Of a DNA stretch of 64,000 nucleotides, positions 9,803 through 19,921 are shown in pieces. Origin of the DNA: a virus; the IMG/VR virus record IMGVR_UViG_3300042508_000428; one strand, 5' to 3'. Made by a program: the position numbers and the translations under genes. Below the pieces are notes generated by a model that saw only the letters and a list, made by a program, of their open reading frames with translations, was not told the origin of the DNA and did not search any database. The stretch's first letter is position 1. The number at the start of each line of letters is the position of its first letter.

Positions 9803-11153
9803 TCAATTAGACTTCTCAAAGTTTGGTAAATCTTTCCAAGAGAAACTCGCACAATTGATGTTTTCAGATCGGCAATTTGCTGATCAACTCAGAGAGGTTC
9901 TTGACCTGAACTTCTTTGAGTTAAAGTATTTGCAGTTGTTCTGTAAGAAGTTATTTGATTACAGAGACAAGTATGATATGTATCCGTCAGCCAACATTAT
10001 GTCCACAATCTTGCGGACAGAACTGGAAGACGACAATGATGCTCTAAATAAGCAAGTAAGAGATTACTTTGCTCGTATCACGGCATCACCAGAAATTGAT
10101 GATGAAGATTATATCAAGGACACTTCACTTGATTTCTGCCGTCGTCAAAAAATTAAGGAAGCCCTTGTTAAGTCTGCTGGACTTATGAATAAGTCGAACA
10201 CTCTTGATGAGATTGGTGTCATTGTAACCTCCGCTCTTAAACTTGGTACGGACAACAACTATGGGTATGATTACAAACTTGATTTTGAAAAAAGATTCAT
10301 GCTCAAAGAGCGCAATCCAGTTTCTACTGGATGGGAAAGAGTGGACAAGATTACTCAAGGTGGGCTTGGAAGAGGAGAGTTGGGTGTTGTTATTGCTCCA
10401 ACTGGCGCTGGTAAGTCTATGGCCTTGGTTCATCTTGGAGCTATGGCAGTTAAAGCTGGCTTACAAGTCGTTCATTACACTCTTGAACTCTCCGATACAG
10501 TTGTGGCAAGTCGATATGATTCTTGCTTAACTGGAGTACCACTTAAAGATCTAATGGATCAAAAAGAATATATTCTTGAAGAAGTTAAGAATGTCAAAGG
10601 TAAACTAATCATTAAAGAATATCCAACAAAGTCAGCAAGCACTTCTGTAATTAAGAATCATCTAAAGCGTGTTGTATCGGCAGGACAAAAGGTTGATATG
10701 ATTATTGTTGACTATGGCGATCTTCTCAATCCGACTGTGCGCTACAAAGAAAAAAGAACAGAACTGGAAACTATCTACGAAGAATTACGAGCAATCGCAA
10801 TGGAATTTATCTGCCCAGTGTGGACTGCTTCACAAACAAATCGTTCTGGTTTAAATGCAGAAGTTGTTACAATGGAATCAATCTCGGAGGCATTTAACAA
10901 GTGTTTCGTAGCCGACTTTATCTTCTCTGTATCAAGAACAGTAGATGATAAGAAAACTAACTCTGGTCGTATCTTTATTGCAAAGAACCGTAATGGCCCA
11001 GACGGAATTGTAATGCCACTTTATATGGATACTGCGATTGTTAAGATGGAAGTGCTCGAAGATCAAAAGGAGGAAGATGTAATCCAAACAAAAATCAAAA
11101 AACCAAGAAACAAGAAACAGGAAATTTTTGAGAAGTTCAGGACTCCAAAATGA
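9789..11153 (+). CDS. DnaB-like replicative helicase (gp41-like)
   Basis: GELGVVIAPTGAGKS, HYTLE, IIVDYGDLL, WTASQTNRSG, IAKNRNG. Confidence 0.92.
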   Translation: MSNNNQLDFSKFGKSFQEKLAQLMFSDRQFADQLREVLDLNFFELKYLQLFCKKLFDYRDKYDMYPSANIMSTILRTELEDDNDALNKQVRDYFARITASPEIDDEDYIKDTSLDFCRRQKIKEALVKSAGLMNKSNTLDEIGVIVTSALKLGTDNNYGYDYKLDFEKRFMLKERNPVSTGWERVDKITQGGLGRGELGVVIAPTGAGKSMALVHLGAMAVKAGLQVVHYTLELSDTVVASRYDSCLTGVPLKDLMDQKEYILEEVKNVKGKLIIKEYPTKSASTSVIKNHLKRVVSAGQKVDMIIVDYGDLLNPTVRYKEKRTELETIYEELRAIAMEFICPVWTASQTNRSGLNAEVVTMESISEAFNKCFVADFIFSVSRTVDDKKTNSGRIFIAKNRNGPDGIVMPLYMDTAIVKMEVLEDQKEEDVIQTKIKKPRNKKQEIFEKFRTPK

Positions 11154-11157
11154 TTTG

Positions 11158-11168
11158 ATACTATTTAC
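11158..11168 (+). promoter_or_regulatory. Putative phage late promoter motif ACTATTTA. CTATTTA core starts at 11161, 13833, 15553, 19893, 28334, 30875, 38803 and 53781.
   Basis: The same 8-mer recurs 28-39 nt upstream of the start codon of eight genes, most with virion-protein features. Confidence 0.65.
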
Positions 11169-11189
11169 TAGTACATTGAGGAGAAATCT

Positions 11190-11918
11190 ATGGAAGCTAA
11201 GTTTTTAAGAAAAATTATTTTAGAAGAACTAAAAAAAGTTTTAAAAGAAGTTGATTACCCAGATATTCCAGGATCAGAACCGGGACAAACAAAGAGTCCT
11301 TATCAAAAAGGTGCGACATCTAGAACGTCGAGACCAGCGATTAGTCGAAACGCAGTAGAAATTATGAAAATTCAAAGAGCTTTAAGAAAAATAATGGGAG
11401 AAGAATATAGAAGTTCTTGGCCCCAGGTTAATGGTAAACTAGATAAGCGTACAAGCAGACTTATAAAAATACTTTATCCAAGATTAAACCTTGATAAAAT
11501 TACAAATTTCAGAGCTTTATCTGCGGTTTTCGAACAGAGAGTTCAAAGAGGTGGTACATCAATAGCTGGAGAAACTTTTGATCAAATTCTTGATAAAGCA
11601 GTTGCTGCAGCGGAGCAACGAAGAGCAAGTGCTTCTGCTGGAATGGGTAAAGATACAGAAATTACCGCCGATTCACCAATGCCCACTAATGATTCAGGTC
11701 TACCAAAATCTCCTGATGATGTTTATGTACCGTTCACCGATAAAGAAACAATGGATAAAATGATTGGACCAAAAAAAGGATTTACCAGAGACCCTGATGC
11801 ATTAAAAGATACTGGTCCTAAAAAAGGAGAAGAAGAAGATATTAAAGTTAACTTACAAGATCCAATGAAACAAGAAGCATTAGTTAGAGCAATCAGCAAA
11901 CTTCTCAAAAAACTCTAA
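11190..11918 (+). CDS. Hypothetical, probable virion-associated protein with possible peptidoglycan-binding-like segment
   Basis: N-terminal LRKIILEELKKVLKE leader, IQRAL...VNGKLDKRT segment, ACTATTTA upstream. Confidence 0.55.
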   Translation: MEAKFLRKIILEELKKVLKEVDYPDIPGSEPGQTKSPYQKGATSRTSRPAISRNAVEIMKIQRALRKIMGEEYRSSWPQVNGKLDKRTSRLIKILYPRLNLDKITNFRALSAVFEQRVQRGGTSIAGETFDQILDKAVAAAEQRRASASAGMGKDTEITADSPMPTNDSGLPKSPDDVYVPFTDKETMDKMIGPKKGFTRDPDALKDTGPKKGEEEDIKVNLQDPMKQEALVRAISKLLKKL

Positions 11919-11919
11919 C

Positions 11920-11948
11920 TTGACAATCAATTACAATTAAATTATACT
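11920..11948 (+). promoter_or_regulatory. Sigma70-type promoter of the RNR gene
   Basis: TTGACA 11920, N17, TATACT 11943. Confidence 0.75.
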
Positions 11949-11975
11949 AACTGACACTACACAACAGAGGTCTTA

Positions 11976-13832
11976 ATGGATGTTTCACAAAAAATTTTAA
12001 GCGATATCACTCATCACATGAAGTATGCTCGCTTTATGAAAGATGAGTTTAGAAGAGAGCAATACGAAGATACAGTTAAAAGAAATATGGAGATGCATAT
12101 TAAGAAGCATCCACAACTAGAGCAAGAAATTAGACAAGCATACGAATTTGTATTTGATCGCAAAGTTCTTCCCTCAATGAGATCAATGCAATTTGGCGGA
12201 AGACCAATTGAAGTTAATCCAACAAGAATTTTCAATTGTGCTTTCGTTGCGATTGATGATGTAAGAGCATTTAATGAAGTCATGTTCCTTCTTCTTGGTG
12301 GAACTGGTGTTGGATATTCAGTTCAAAAACACCATGTTGAGAAACTACCAGAACTTCATAAACCAAATCCAAAGAGAACTCGTCGTTTTTTGATTGGCGA
12401 TAGCATTGAAGGTTGGGCAGATTCAATCAAGGCTTTAATGAGATCATATTTCGAAGGAGGATCAAAGGTCGTATTTGACTTCAGTGATATTCGTCCAAAA
12501 GGAGCAAGACTAGTTACTGCTGGCGGTAAAGCACCTGGTCCTCAACCACTTAGAGAATGCCTACTTAAAGTAGAAGGTATTTTGGAGAGTAAACAAGATG
12601 GAGATAAACTTGAACCAATTGAAGTACACGATATTGTCTGCCACATCGCAGATGCAGTATTGGCAGGAGGAATCCGTCGTTCTGCTCTTATCTGTTTATT
12701 TAGCGCAGATGATGACGAAATGATTTCATCCAAGTCTGGTCACTGGTGGGAAACTGCTCCACAAAGAGGTAGAGCAAATAACTCAGCAGTTATTCTAAGA
12801 CACAGAGTAACCAAAGATTACTTTATGGATCTATGGGCAAGAATTAAAGCATCTGGAGCGGGTGAACCAGGAATATTCTTTACAAACGATAAAGAATGGG
12901 GAACTAATCCATGCGCCGAGATCGCTCTTCGTAGTAATCAGTTCTGTAATCTATGCGAGGTAAATGTTAGCGATCTTGAATCCCAAGAAGATTACGAGGC
13001 AAGAGTCAAAGCTGCCGCATTTATTGGAACACTTCAGGCAACTTATACTGATTTTCACTATCTGCGCGATGTTTGGCGTCGTACAACAGAAAAAGAAGCT
13101 CTACTTGGCATTGGCATGACTGGTATTGCATCTAATAAAGTTCAAAAGCTTGACATGAAAAAGGCTGCAAAGGTTGCCGTAGAAGAAAACAAGCGTGTTG
13201 CTGGCATACTAGGTATTAATCCCGCTGCTCGCGTAACTACAGTAAAGCCTAGTGGTACTACTTCTTTGATCTTGGGTACTAGTAGTGGTGTCCATGCTTG
13301 GCACAACGACTATTACATTCGTCGTATCCGTGTCGGTAAGAATGAAGCTATCTACTCCTACCTACTACAAAATCATCCAGAGTTGGTAGAAGATGAATAC
13401 TTCCGCCCACATGATACAGCAGTAATTTCTGTTCCACAAAAGGCTCCAGAAGGTGCTACTATGCGAACGGAAACCGCCCTAGAAATGCTTGAAAGAGTTA
13501 AGGACATTCATAGTCGCTGGGTAAAACCAGGACACATTAAAGGTCAAAATACTCACAATGTTTCTGCAACAGTTTCAGTTCGTCAAGAAGAGTGGCAAGA
13601 AGTTGGAGATTGGATGTGGGAGAATAGAGATTCTTATACAGGTCTAAGCGTCCTTCCTTACGATGGTGGTACTTATAAGCAAGCTCCGTTTGAGGATTGT
13701 GATAAAGAAACTTTTGATAGATTGTTTGAATCACTCAAAAACGTTGATCTATCGCAGATTTTTGAGACAGATGACGAAACAAACTTACAAGCAGAATTAG
13801 CTTGTGCTGGTGGCGCTTGCGAAATTAAATAA
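11976..13832 (+). CDS. nrdJ: Class II (adenosylcobalamin-dependent) ribonucleotide reductase
   Basis: FNCAF, GTNPCAEI, FCNLCEVN, TTVKPSGTTS and C-terminal ACAGGACEI. No small subunit is adjacent. Confidence 0.88.
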   Translation: MDVSQKILSDITHHMKYARFMKDEFRREQYEDTVKRNMEMHIKKHPQLEQEIRQAYEFVFDRKVLPSMRSMQFGGRPIEVNPTRIFNCAFVAIDDVRAFNEVMFLLLGGTGVGYSVQKHHVEKLPELHKPNPKRTRRFLIGDSIEGWADSIKALMRSYFEGGSKVVFDFSDIRPKGARLVTAGGKAPGPQPLRECLLKVEGILESKQDGDKLEPIEVHDIVCHIADAVLAGGIRRSALICLFSADDDEMISSKSGHWWETAPQRGRANNSAVILRHRVTKDYFMDLWARIKASGAGEPGIFFTNDKEWGTNPCAEIALRSNQFCNLCEVNVSDLESQEDYEARVKAAAFIGTLQATYTDFHYLRDVWRRTTEKEALLGIGMTGIASNKVQKLDMKKAAKVAVEENKRVAGILGINPAARVTTVKPSGTTSLILGTSSGVHAWHNDYYIRRIRVGKNEAIYSYLLQNHPELVEDEYFRPHDTAVISVPQKAPEGATMRTETALEMLERVKDIHSRWVKPGHIKGQNTHNVSATVSVRQEEWQEVGDWMWENRDSYTGLSVLPYDGGTYKQAPFEDCDKETFDRLFESLKNVDLSQIFETDDETNLQAELACAGGACEIK

Positions 13833-13862
13833 CTATTTACTACAAGTAAGTGGAGAAATGCG

Positions 13863-14063
13863 ATGGAAATGAGAGACCTTTTTATGCTTGGTTCCTTTAT
13901 TCTAACAATATTGGGAACTTCCTGGAAACTTCATACGGAAATATCTACAATCAAAATAACACTAGAAAGGTTGGCAACAAGATTTGAAGATGTTGCTAAG
14001 TTAGAAAAAAGAATTGACCGCCTTGAAAAGAAAGTATTTCATTTAGACAACGAAGACAATTAA
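13863..14063 (+). CDS. Small membrane-anchored coiled-coil protein
   Basis: N-terminal hydrophobic helix, coiled-coil tail, ACTATTTA upstream. Confidence 0.55.
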   Translation: MEMRDLFMLGSFILTILGTSWKLHTEISTIKITLERLATRFEDVAKLEKRIDRLEKKVFHLDNEDN

Positions 14064-14067
14064 CCAC

Positions 14068-14123
14068 TTGACAGCAATACCTCCCCGAGCTACAATGACT
14101 CTACATTGTGGCTCTTTTCATTT
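14068..14123 (+). promoter_or_regulatory. Sigma70-type promoter overlapping a terminator-like hairpin
   Basis: TTGACA 14068, N17, TACAAT 14091. Stem gagctacaatg/cattgtggctc followed by a T-rich tract. Confidence 0.7.
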
Positions 14124-14132
14124 GGAGGAAGT

Positions 14133-14375
14133 ATGAGTGAGAAAACAAAAGAAGAAAGAATTGTTGATTATGTTATGTCTGTCGCCGCGTTAGACGATGC
14201 TATGAAACCTTATAAAGAGCAGAAGGCAGAATTACGCAAGTCTTATCTAGAAAACAAGTGGTTGACCAAAGATGAAATCAAGACTGCTCTTAAAGCATAT
14301 CGTCTTCGCAAAGACAAAACTGATATTGATGAATTAAATCAAATGTTTGACATGATGCCAGACGAGGAGGATTAA
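14133..14375 (+). CDS. Small helical protein, possibly DsbA/GapR-like dsDNA-binding
   Basis: GGAGG before ATG 14133. Pattern YKEQKAELRKSY...IKTALKAYRLRK. Confidence 0.45.
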   Translation: MSEKTKEERIVDYVMSVAALDDAMKPYKEQKAELRKSYLENKWLTKDEIKTALKAYRLRKDKTDIDELNQMFDMMPDEED

Positions 14376-14638
14376 TGGAGTTCACGCCAGCAGAAGGATA
14401 CATTTATATTAAAGAATCACAAGAGGAAGAAGAGGTAAACGGCAACTTTGCTTGGGGAAGACCAAGCGGAGATTTGACTGCTGTAAAAGTTCTCGCAAGC
14501 GATCCAAAGACAAGGACATATATAAATGGTGATACTGTAATCGTTATTACAACAATGATTCAAGAGTTTGAATACAAGAAGAACAAATTTAAAATCTGTC
14601 CATCAACGGCAGTAATCGGCAAAATCCACGAGGAATAA
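14375..14638 (+). CDS. GroES-like co-chaperonin
   Basis: 87 aa. The FTPAEGYIYIK...VKVLA...GDTVIV pattern matches GroES topology, and GroEL is present in the window. Confidence 0.55.
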   Translation: MEFTPAEGYIYIKESQEEEEVNGNFAWGRPSGDLTAVKVLASDPKTRTYINGDTVIVITTMIQEFEYKKNKFKICPSTAVIGKIHEE

Positions 14639-15150
14639 TGAATATCTTTGCAATTGAAGGTGATGAAAAAACCGGACACATTGATTGGTATATGTCCGGT
14701 AGAACACAGGATAATCTGCGAACAGTTAAAATGCTTCTTGAAAGCACACAACTACTTTCTTCTGCCATGCACCTAAATGGTATGGAAGGATGCTACAAAC
14801 TTAATCATGCCAAGCATCCTTCCACACTATGGACAGCAGAGAGTTCGGACAACTGGGTGAATCTCTACATTCATGCTATGGCGCTCAATCAAGAATACGA
14901 GGAGCGATTTGGTAAAGAACATAAATGCAAACCTCGTCTGCTGGAGATGCAGAGTAAGGTAGACCTAAAGAAGTTCCCAACTTCTTCGCCAACTCCTCTT
15001 AAACTTGCTATGCCGGAAGAATTTAAATCACTCAATCCAGTTAAATCTTATCGAGATTTTTATTCTACCAAAGATAAAATGAGGTATCCAAAAGATAAAA
15101 TTCCAGATTGGTTTACGGCAAGACGAAAAATTCCCTTTGTAATTGTATGA
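14638..15150 (+). CDS. Pyrimidine-dimer DNA glycosylase / endonuclease V-like protein
   Basis: MNIF, KMLLESTQLLS, YKLNHAKHPSTLW, EYEERFGKEH, LAMPEEFK...VKSYRDFY. Confidence 0.8.
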   Translation: MNIFAIEGDEKTGHIDWYMSGRTQDNLRTVKMLLESTQLLSSAMHLNGMEGCYKLNHAKHPSTLWTAESSDNWVNLYIHAMALNQEYEERFGKEHKCKPRLLEMQSKVDLKKFPTSSPTPLKLAMPEEFKSLNPVKSYRDFYSTKDKMRYPKDKIPDWFTARRKIPFVIV

Positions 15151-15208
15151 TTAATCTACTTTTTGATAAAATACAAACTATATATTTTAGTCAGAAAGGA
15201 GACAAAAA

Positions 15209-15484
15209 ATGACAGACAATCAACTCAAAAAAATAATTTTAAATGAAATAAAAAATTTGTTAAATGAGCAAAGCGAATCGGATGTAAATGCTAATCTACA
15301 AACCCTTGTACAAGGTGCTAAATATCTAAGAGATAGACTTAAATCAGATCCGAGAGCAAGTGGTGTATTGTCTGCAATCGACAGTCTTATTAGGAAAGCA
15401 TATCCACAATATGAACAAATGTTAAATAAACAATCTGCAGGACAAGCTGGGTATAATCCAGAAACTGGTAAAAAAATTCCTTAA
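15209..15484 (+). CDS. Hypothetical, probable virion-internal protein
   Basis: LKKIILNEIKNLLNE leader, shared with 11190. Confidence 0.55.
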   Translation: MTDNQLKKIILNEIKNLLNEQSESDVNANLQTLVQGAKYLRDRLKSDPRASGVLSAIDSLIRKAYPQYEQMLNKQSAGQAGYNPETGKKIP

Positions 15485-15504
15485 TATATACTTTTGATAA
15501 TACT

Positions 15505-15546
15505 AAAACCCTATACACAAAATGTGTATAGGGTTTTTGTTTTTTT
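15505..15546 (+). terminator. Rho-independent terminator
   Basis: 15-bp perfect stem aaaaccctatacaca/tgtgtatagggtttt followed by a T-run. Confidence 0.75.
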
Positions 15547-15591
15547 ATAAAACTATTTAGTTTGGTGGCTTTTTGCTTTGGAGGATCCTAA

Positions 15592-15942
15592 ATGAAACTA
15601 CCTATTGTTATTGAAGATTCTTGGGTCCCTGGTTTTCTATCCAAATTTGCCAATGCAAATTTTATTGCTAACTCTTTCGCAATCTTTATTTTCTTTCGTG
15701 GAAAGATAATTGAAAAAACTTGGCGACATGAAATGATTCATTACAGACAACAAAAAGAGTTATTCTTTGTTGGTCAATGGATTTTGTATGCTTATTATTA
15801 TCTCGTTTGTCTTTACAAGCACAAAGATAGATATAAAGCTTATAGAGAGAACCCATTTGAAAAAGAGGCTTATGCCAATGACACTGATCCAACCTATTTA
15901 ATTAAGAGAAAAAAGTACGCTTGGAAAAATTACAGAGGATAA
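15592..15942 (+). CDS. Small HExxH putative metallopeptidase
   Basis: HEMIHYRQQ and NPFEKEAY motifs. Confidence 0.55.
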   Translation: MKLPIVIEDSWVPGFLSKFANANFIANSFAIFIFFRGKIIEKTWRHEMIHYRQQKELFFVGQWILYAYYYLVCLYKHKDRYKAYRENPFEKEAYANDTDPTYLIKRKKYAWKNYRG

Positions 15943-15945
15943 ATA

Positions 15946-18717
15946 ATGGATAACCAACAAGTCCCAAAAGCGGACAGCAAATTCCAGAAAATAGCAAGAA
16001 AAAATCATAGAAAATGGAAGATTCGCTTACTATCAAAAGGCGGTCAAAAAGCCGATAGTGGTGGTGGACCATATAGTAAAAAACCAGATTATAATAGAGC
16101 AAAGTCTGCCCCTCCTGGATTTGGTGGTTCATTAGAAGAAGCAGAACAACTTGATGAAGTTATCAGAAAGAAAGATGGAAAGTATTGTTTGTTTTCTAAA
16201 AAAACAAACAGAAATTTAGGTTGTTATCCAACAAGGGCAGGAGCAATGAAAAGAGAGAAACAGGTTCAATATTTTAAACATCTCAAAGAAAATCAACATA
16301 ATGAAATTATTAACGAAGAATTATATCAAACTCTTTTAGAAGAAGGATTCTTAGATATGGTTGTTGATGCCATAGGATCAGGATCTACTTGGGTAAAAGA
16401 CAAATTGTTTTCTCTTCTTGGAGTTAGCGATGAAAAAGAAAAGAAAGGAATTTTAGGTTTTCTTACTTCTAAACTAGATACGAAGGAAGAAGTTGAGACT
16501 GCAGAAAAAAATGAAAAGCAAATAGAACAAGAATTAAAAGATTATATACAAAAAGAAAAAAATAAAAACAAAGGCAAAAAAGCATTAATATATGGTCATA
16601 GTCAAGCCGGAGGAGTTGGTCTTGGTCTTAAGTCTGCACTCAAATCCGTTGGTTATGATGTAAATCTTGTTATTAAAAATAGTGCAAATGACAGTCGATT
16701 ATTGAGAGAGATAGGTGACGCTGGAGATCCAAAACAATATGATAAAGTATATTTGTTTGTGGGTGGAAATTCTCCATATATTCCAAAAGTAGATTTGATT
16801 TCTTCTATGATTAATTTGTTTGGTCCAGAAAAAACGTCAATTGTGCTTCCTCCTACGAATATAGACAAATATAAAGTTGCCGACATAGGATCTAGAAACA
16901 AAGCAAACAAAGAAGGAATCCTCCAGAGATTCGGAGGAGTAGTAAAAGTTTATATTCCGTATGGTCACTCAAATGATTTTTCGGACGGAATACACATGAA
17001 TCATAATGCTCTTGGAACAAAAAGATTCATACAGGATATTTTTGCTGAAAAACCAAGCATACCGCCAGAAAAGCAAGGTATTAAAACCACAAGCGCAGTT
17101 GTAAAAAATTCTTTAAGCAGAAGGCAAAGAGAGATGGCAGGTTTAATTGAAAAGAGATTTATTGAAGCAGGATTGTCAAAAAATTTAGCACTAGCTGCTA
17201 TTGTAAATTCTTATTATGAGTCTAGTTTAAACCCAAGTGTAACTGGGGATCGCGCCGAGAAAGTTGATGGGCGTTGTGCTAGACAAGTTGAAGAAAAAGA
17301 AGGTCCAAAATCTCCATGTGGAGGAGGATTGTTTGGCATTCATTCTTGCGGAGGTATGGGAGGCTGTAGAGCTACTGGAAATGGTATGTCAATAGAAGAT
17401 ATAAAAGACCCAGAAAAAAGTATTTCAACAATGATAAATTATATAAAAAGAAAAGGATTTGATAAGAAAAACTTAGAAAATTCTGTTGAAGATATAACTT
17501 ATAATTTTTGTTACAGTTTAGAAGTTCCTAAAAATAGATTGATTAAATGCAGAAACAGAGCCAATTCTGTTTCACAAGTTCTTGAAATGTCTAATTTAAC
17601 TGAATCTAAAAAAATTACAATCAAGTTTGGTCAACAATTAACAGAGGGCAAGACAAAAGGTAAAGAAGATCGTTGTACTCGTATAGCAAAGAGCAAATAT
17701 GATGCTTGGCCTTCTGCTTATGCTTCTGGTGCTGTTGTTAAATGTCGTCAAGGCAAGATCTGGAAGAACATAAAAGAAGAGGAAGAATTAGACGAGACAA
17801 AGAAAAAAGCAAAACACGTCGCGAAGAAAGCGTTAGCATTGTGGCTTGCTGGTTCAACTGCGACAACCCCTCCGCCAGATGCAACAAAACCAGTAAAAAA
17901 AGCTTCTACATCTAAAGATGAAATAAAAGAAGAGTGGTCTGATTCTGAGAGAAAGAAGAGAAAAGCAAACTGTTCCAATCCAAAAGGCTTCACAATGAAG
18001 CAGTTCTGCAAGAATCAAAGAACAAAATCGAAAGAAGGTCAAAAGAAAAATGAAGAAATTCAGCTAAATGAAAAATGCTGGGAAGGTTATACTCAAAAAG
18101 GCATGAAAACAATGTTTGGAAAAAAATATCCAAACTGTGTAAAGAAAACAAACGAAGCAAAAGATCCAAAAGTTGGAACAGGTAAAAAACCAGAAGGTTC
18201 TGATCGTCGCTTATACACTGACGAAAATCCAAAAGATACTGTAAGTGTAAAATTTTCTACAGCAGAAGATATAAGAGATACTTTATCAAAAGAGTCTTTT
18301 AAATCAAAACCACATGCTCGTCAATCACAAATTATTAATCTTATTCACCAAAGAGTTCGTGCTGCTTACGAGAACGCTAAAGATCCAGAGGTTAAGTCCA
18401 GATTGAAAATTGCTCTTGATTATGCTGAAAAAAGAAAAGAGGCATCCAAGAAAAAGACAGAAGCAATGAAAGAGCTTGATGAGCGTAAACTTGGCAAACC
18501 TTCCAGCGAAACCAATTTAGGCGATTGGTTTAAAAGAAAAGGTGCCCCCGGAAAAGGCGGTGGCTGGGTAGATTGTAACACTTGTCGTGATGGAAAATGT
18601 AAGCCATGTGGCAGACAAGAAGGTGAAAAAAGAAGCAAATACCCTCGTTGCCGTCCAACACCTTCACAGTGCAAGGGCTATAAGAGAAGAGGCGATAATC
18701 TTCAAAAAGAGGAATGA
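15946..18717 (+). CDS. Modular virion polyprotein with SGNH-hydrolase-like and lysozyme-like domains plus small Cys/Lys-rich modules
   Basis: GHSQ...GGNS...DGIH (SGNH-like), AIVNSYYESSLNP...GLFGIH (phage tail lysozyme-like), repeated L/I-x-E junctions. Confidence 0.6.
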   Translation: MDNQQVPKADSKFQKIARKNHRKWKIRLLSKGGQKADSGGGPYSKKPDYNRAKSAPPGFGGSLEEAEQLDEVIRKKDGKYCLFSKKTNRNLGCYPTRAGAMKREKQVQYFKHLKENQHNEIINEELYQTLLEEGFLDMVVDAIGSGSTWVKDKLFSLLGVSDEKEKKGILGFLTSKLDTKEEVETAEKNEKQIEQELKDYIQKEKNKNKGKKALIYGHSQAGGVGLGLKSALKSVGYDVNLVIKNSANDSRLLREIGDAGDPKQYDKVYLFVGGNSPYIPKVDLISSMINLFGPEKTSIVLPPTNIDKYKVADIGSRNKANKEGILQRFGGVVKVYIPYGHSNDFSDGIHMNHNALGTKRFIQDIFAEKPSIPPEKQGIKTTSAVVKNSLSRRQREMAGLIEKRFIEAGLSKNLALAAIVNSYYESSLNPSVTGDRAEKVDGRCARQVEEKEGPKSPCGGGLFGIHSCGGMGGCRATGNGMSIEDIKDPEKSISTMINYIKRKGFDKKNLENSVEDITYNFCYSLEVPKNRLIKCRNRANSVSQVLEMSNLTESKKITIKFGQQLTEGKTKGKEDRCTRIAKSKYDAWPSAYASGAVVKCRQGKIWKNIKEEEELDETKKKAKHVAKKALALWLAGSTATTPPPDATKPVKKASTSKDEIKEEWSDSERKKRKANCSNPKGFTMKQFCKNQRTKSKEGQKKNEEIQLNEKCWEGYTQKGMKTMFGKKYPNCVKKTNEAKDPKVGTGKKPEGSDRRLYTDENPKDTVSVKFSTAEDIRDTLSKESFKSKPHARQSQIINLIHQRVRAAYENAKDPEVKSRLKIALDYAEKRKEASKKKTEAMKELDERKLGKPSSETNLGDWFKRKGAPGKGGGWVDCNTCRDGKCKPCGRQEGEKRSKYPRCRPTPSQCKGYKRRGDNLQKEE

Positions 18718-19250
18718 TGATAAAAATAATACTTGAATCAAAAAAGAAATATGTCCAAGTTCCTCTACCTGTAAAAAAGACAGATCTTGAGCCTGTTATG
18801 TCTTCTGACACAATTGATTACCACTATGGTTCGCTTTACAAAGGTTATGTCGATAAAGCTAACAAAGGTGTAGGTGGTGAGTTTCAAAAAGCAGGAGCTT
18901 TTCTTCACAACATTTGGTTCTCTCAGTTCAAGAAACCATCAAATCAAAAACCAGACGGTTTATTTCTTGAGCTTGTAAATAGAAAATATGGTTCTTATGC
19001 TTCTTTTCAAAAAGAACTCAAAGAAGTCGCAATGAAAATTCAAGGTTCTGGTTGGGTTTACACGGATAAGAACGGCAATATAAAGACCATTGCAAACCAC
19101 GAAATAAAACCAGACATTATCTTATTAATTGATTGGTGGGAACACGCTTGGGCATTAGATTATCAGGCAGATAAAGAAGAGTATTTAGACAACATTTACA
19201 AAGTTATTGATTGGAATGTTATAAATGCTCGTTTAGCGACGGAGAAATAA
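18714..19250 (+). CDS. sod: Fe/Mn superoxide dismutase
   Basis: LEPVMS-x-TIDYHY, FLHNIWF, GSGW, DWWEHAW. All four metal ligands are present. Confidence 0.92.
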   Translation: MMIKIILESKKKYVQVPLPVKKTDLEPVMSSDTIDYHYGSLYKGYVDKANKGVGGEFQKAGAFLHNIWFSQFKKPSNQKPDGLFLELVNRKYGSYASFQKELKEVAMKIQGSGWVYTDKNGNIKTIANHEIKPDIILLIDWWEHAWALDYQADKEEYLDNIYKVIDWNVINARLATEK

Positions 19251-19888
19251 TGTCTTCTTCAAACATAAATTTACCTCAAACAAAAGTTTGGATTCGTGGC
19301 GATGCGTGGGGAAACTCAAAGGAAGAGTTTGATGAAGCTTGGCTTGTTTCGGTTAGAGCATTGAGAGGTGGACCTTTATGCTTCCAAGTGTTTGTTCCAA
19401 GATACTCTGCTTGCTATGATAAAATACCTATTCAGTGTTTATACTGGAAACTACCAGAACTTGGAGTTAGACATTATAGAATGAGTGAACTACAAATGTG
19501 GGAATCTATTTCTGGTGAAATAGAGTTTTGGAGAAAAGAGCTTTTAAAAGAATGTGAAGTTGCAATCAGAATAGAAAATAAAACATTCACCAAGGGACAT
19601 TACTGGTTTACCATAGATTTTATTCCAGAAAAAAGAGGATCAGGCTATTATGATGTTGGTTGTTCCTCTGTGTTGGAAGAACATAAAGAAGGAAATGTAA
19701 TAAGATTACACAATGGTCAAATAGCTGTTTATCCAAATAATAGAATTAAATGGCTAGAAGCGAGCTTGTCCACAGAAGATTCTTTATATTCAATCCCGCC
19801 TTGGAGCGTCGCAGAAGACATCAAGTGGTTAGAAGAATGGAAACAGATAGATAATAATTTATATGGTGATGAGGATTGGTATTATTAA
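19250..19888 (+). CDS. Hypothetical phage protein
   Basis: GGAG before ATG 19250, which overlaps the sod stop codon. Confidence 0.6.
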   Translation: MSSSNINLPQTKVWIRGDAWGNSKEEFDEAWLVSVRALRGGPLCFQVFVPRYSACYDKIPIQCLYWKLPELGVRHYRMSELQMWESISGEIEFWRKELLKECEVAIRIENKTFTKGHYWFTIDFIPEKRGSGYYDVGCSSVLEEHKEGNVIRLHNGQIAVYPNNRIKWLEASLSTEDSLYSIPPWSVAEDIKWLEEWKQIDNNLYGDEDWYY

Positions 19889-19921
19889 TAAACTATTTAG
19901 TATAATTGTAGGAGAGTAACA

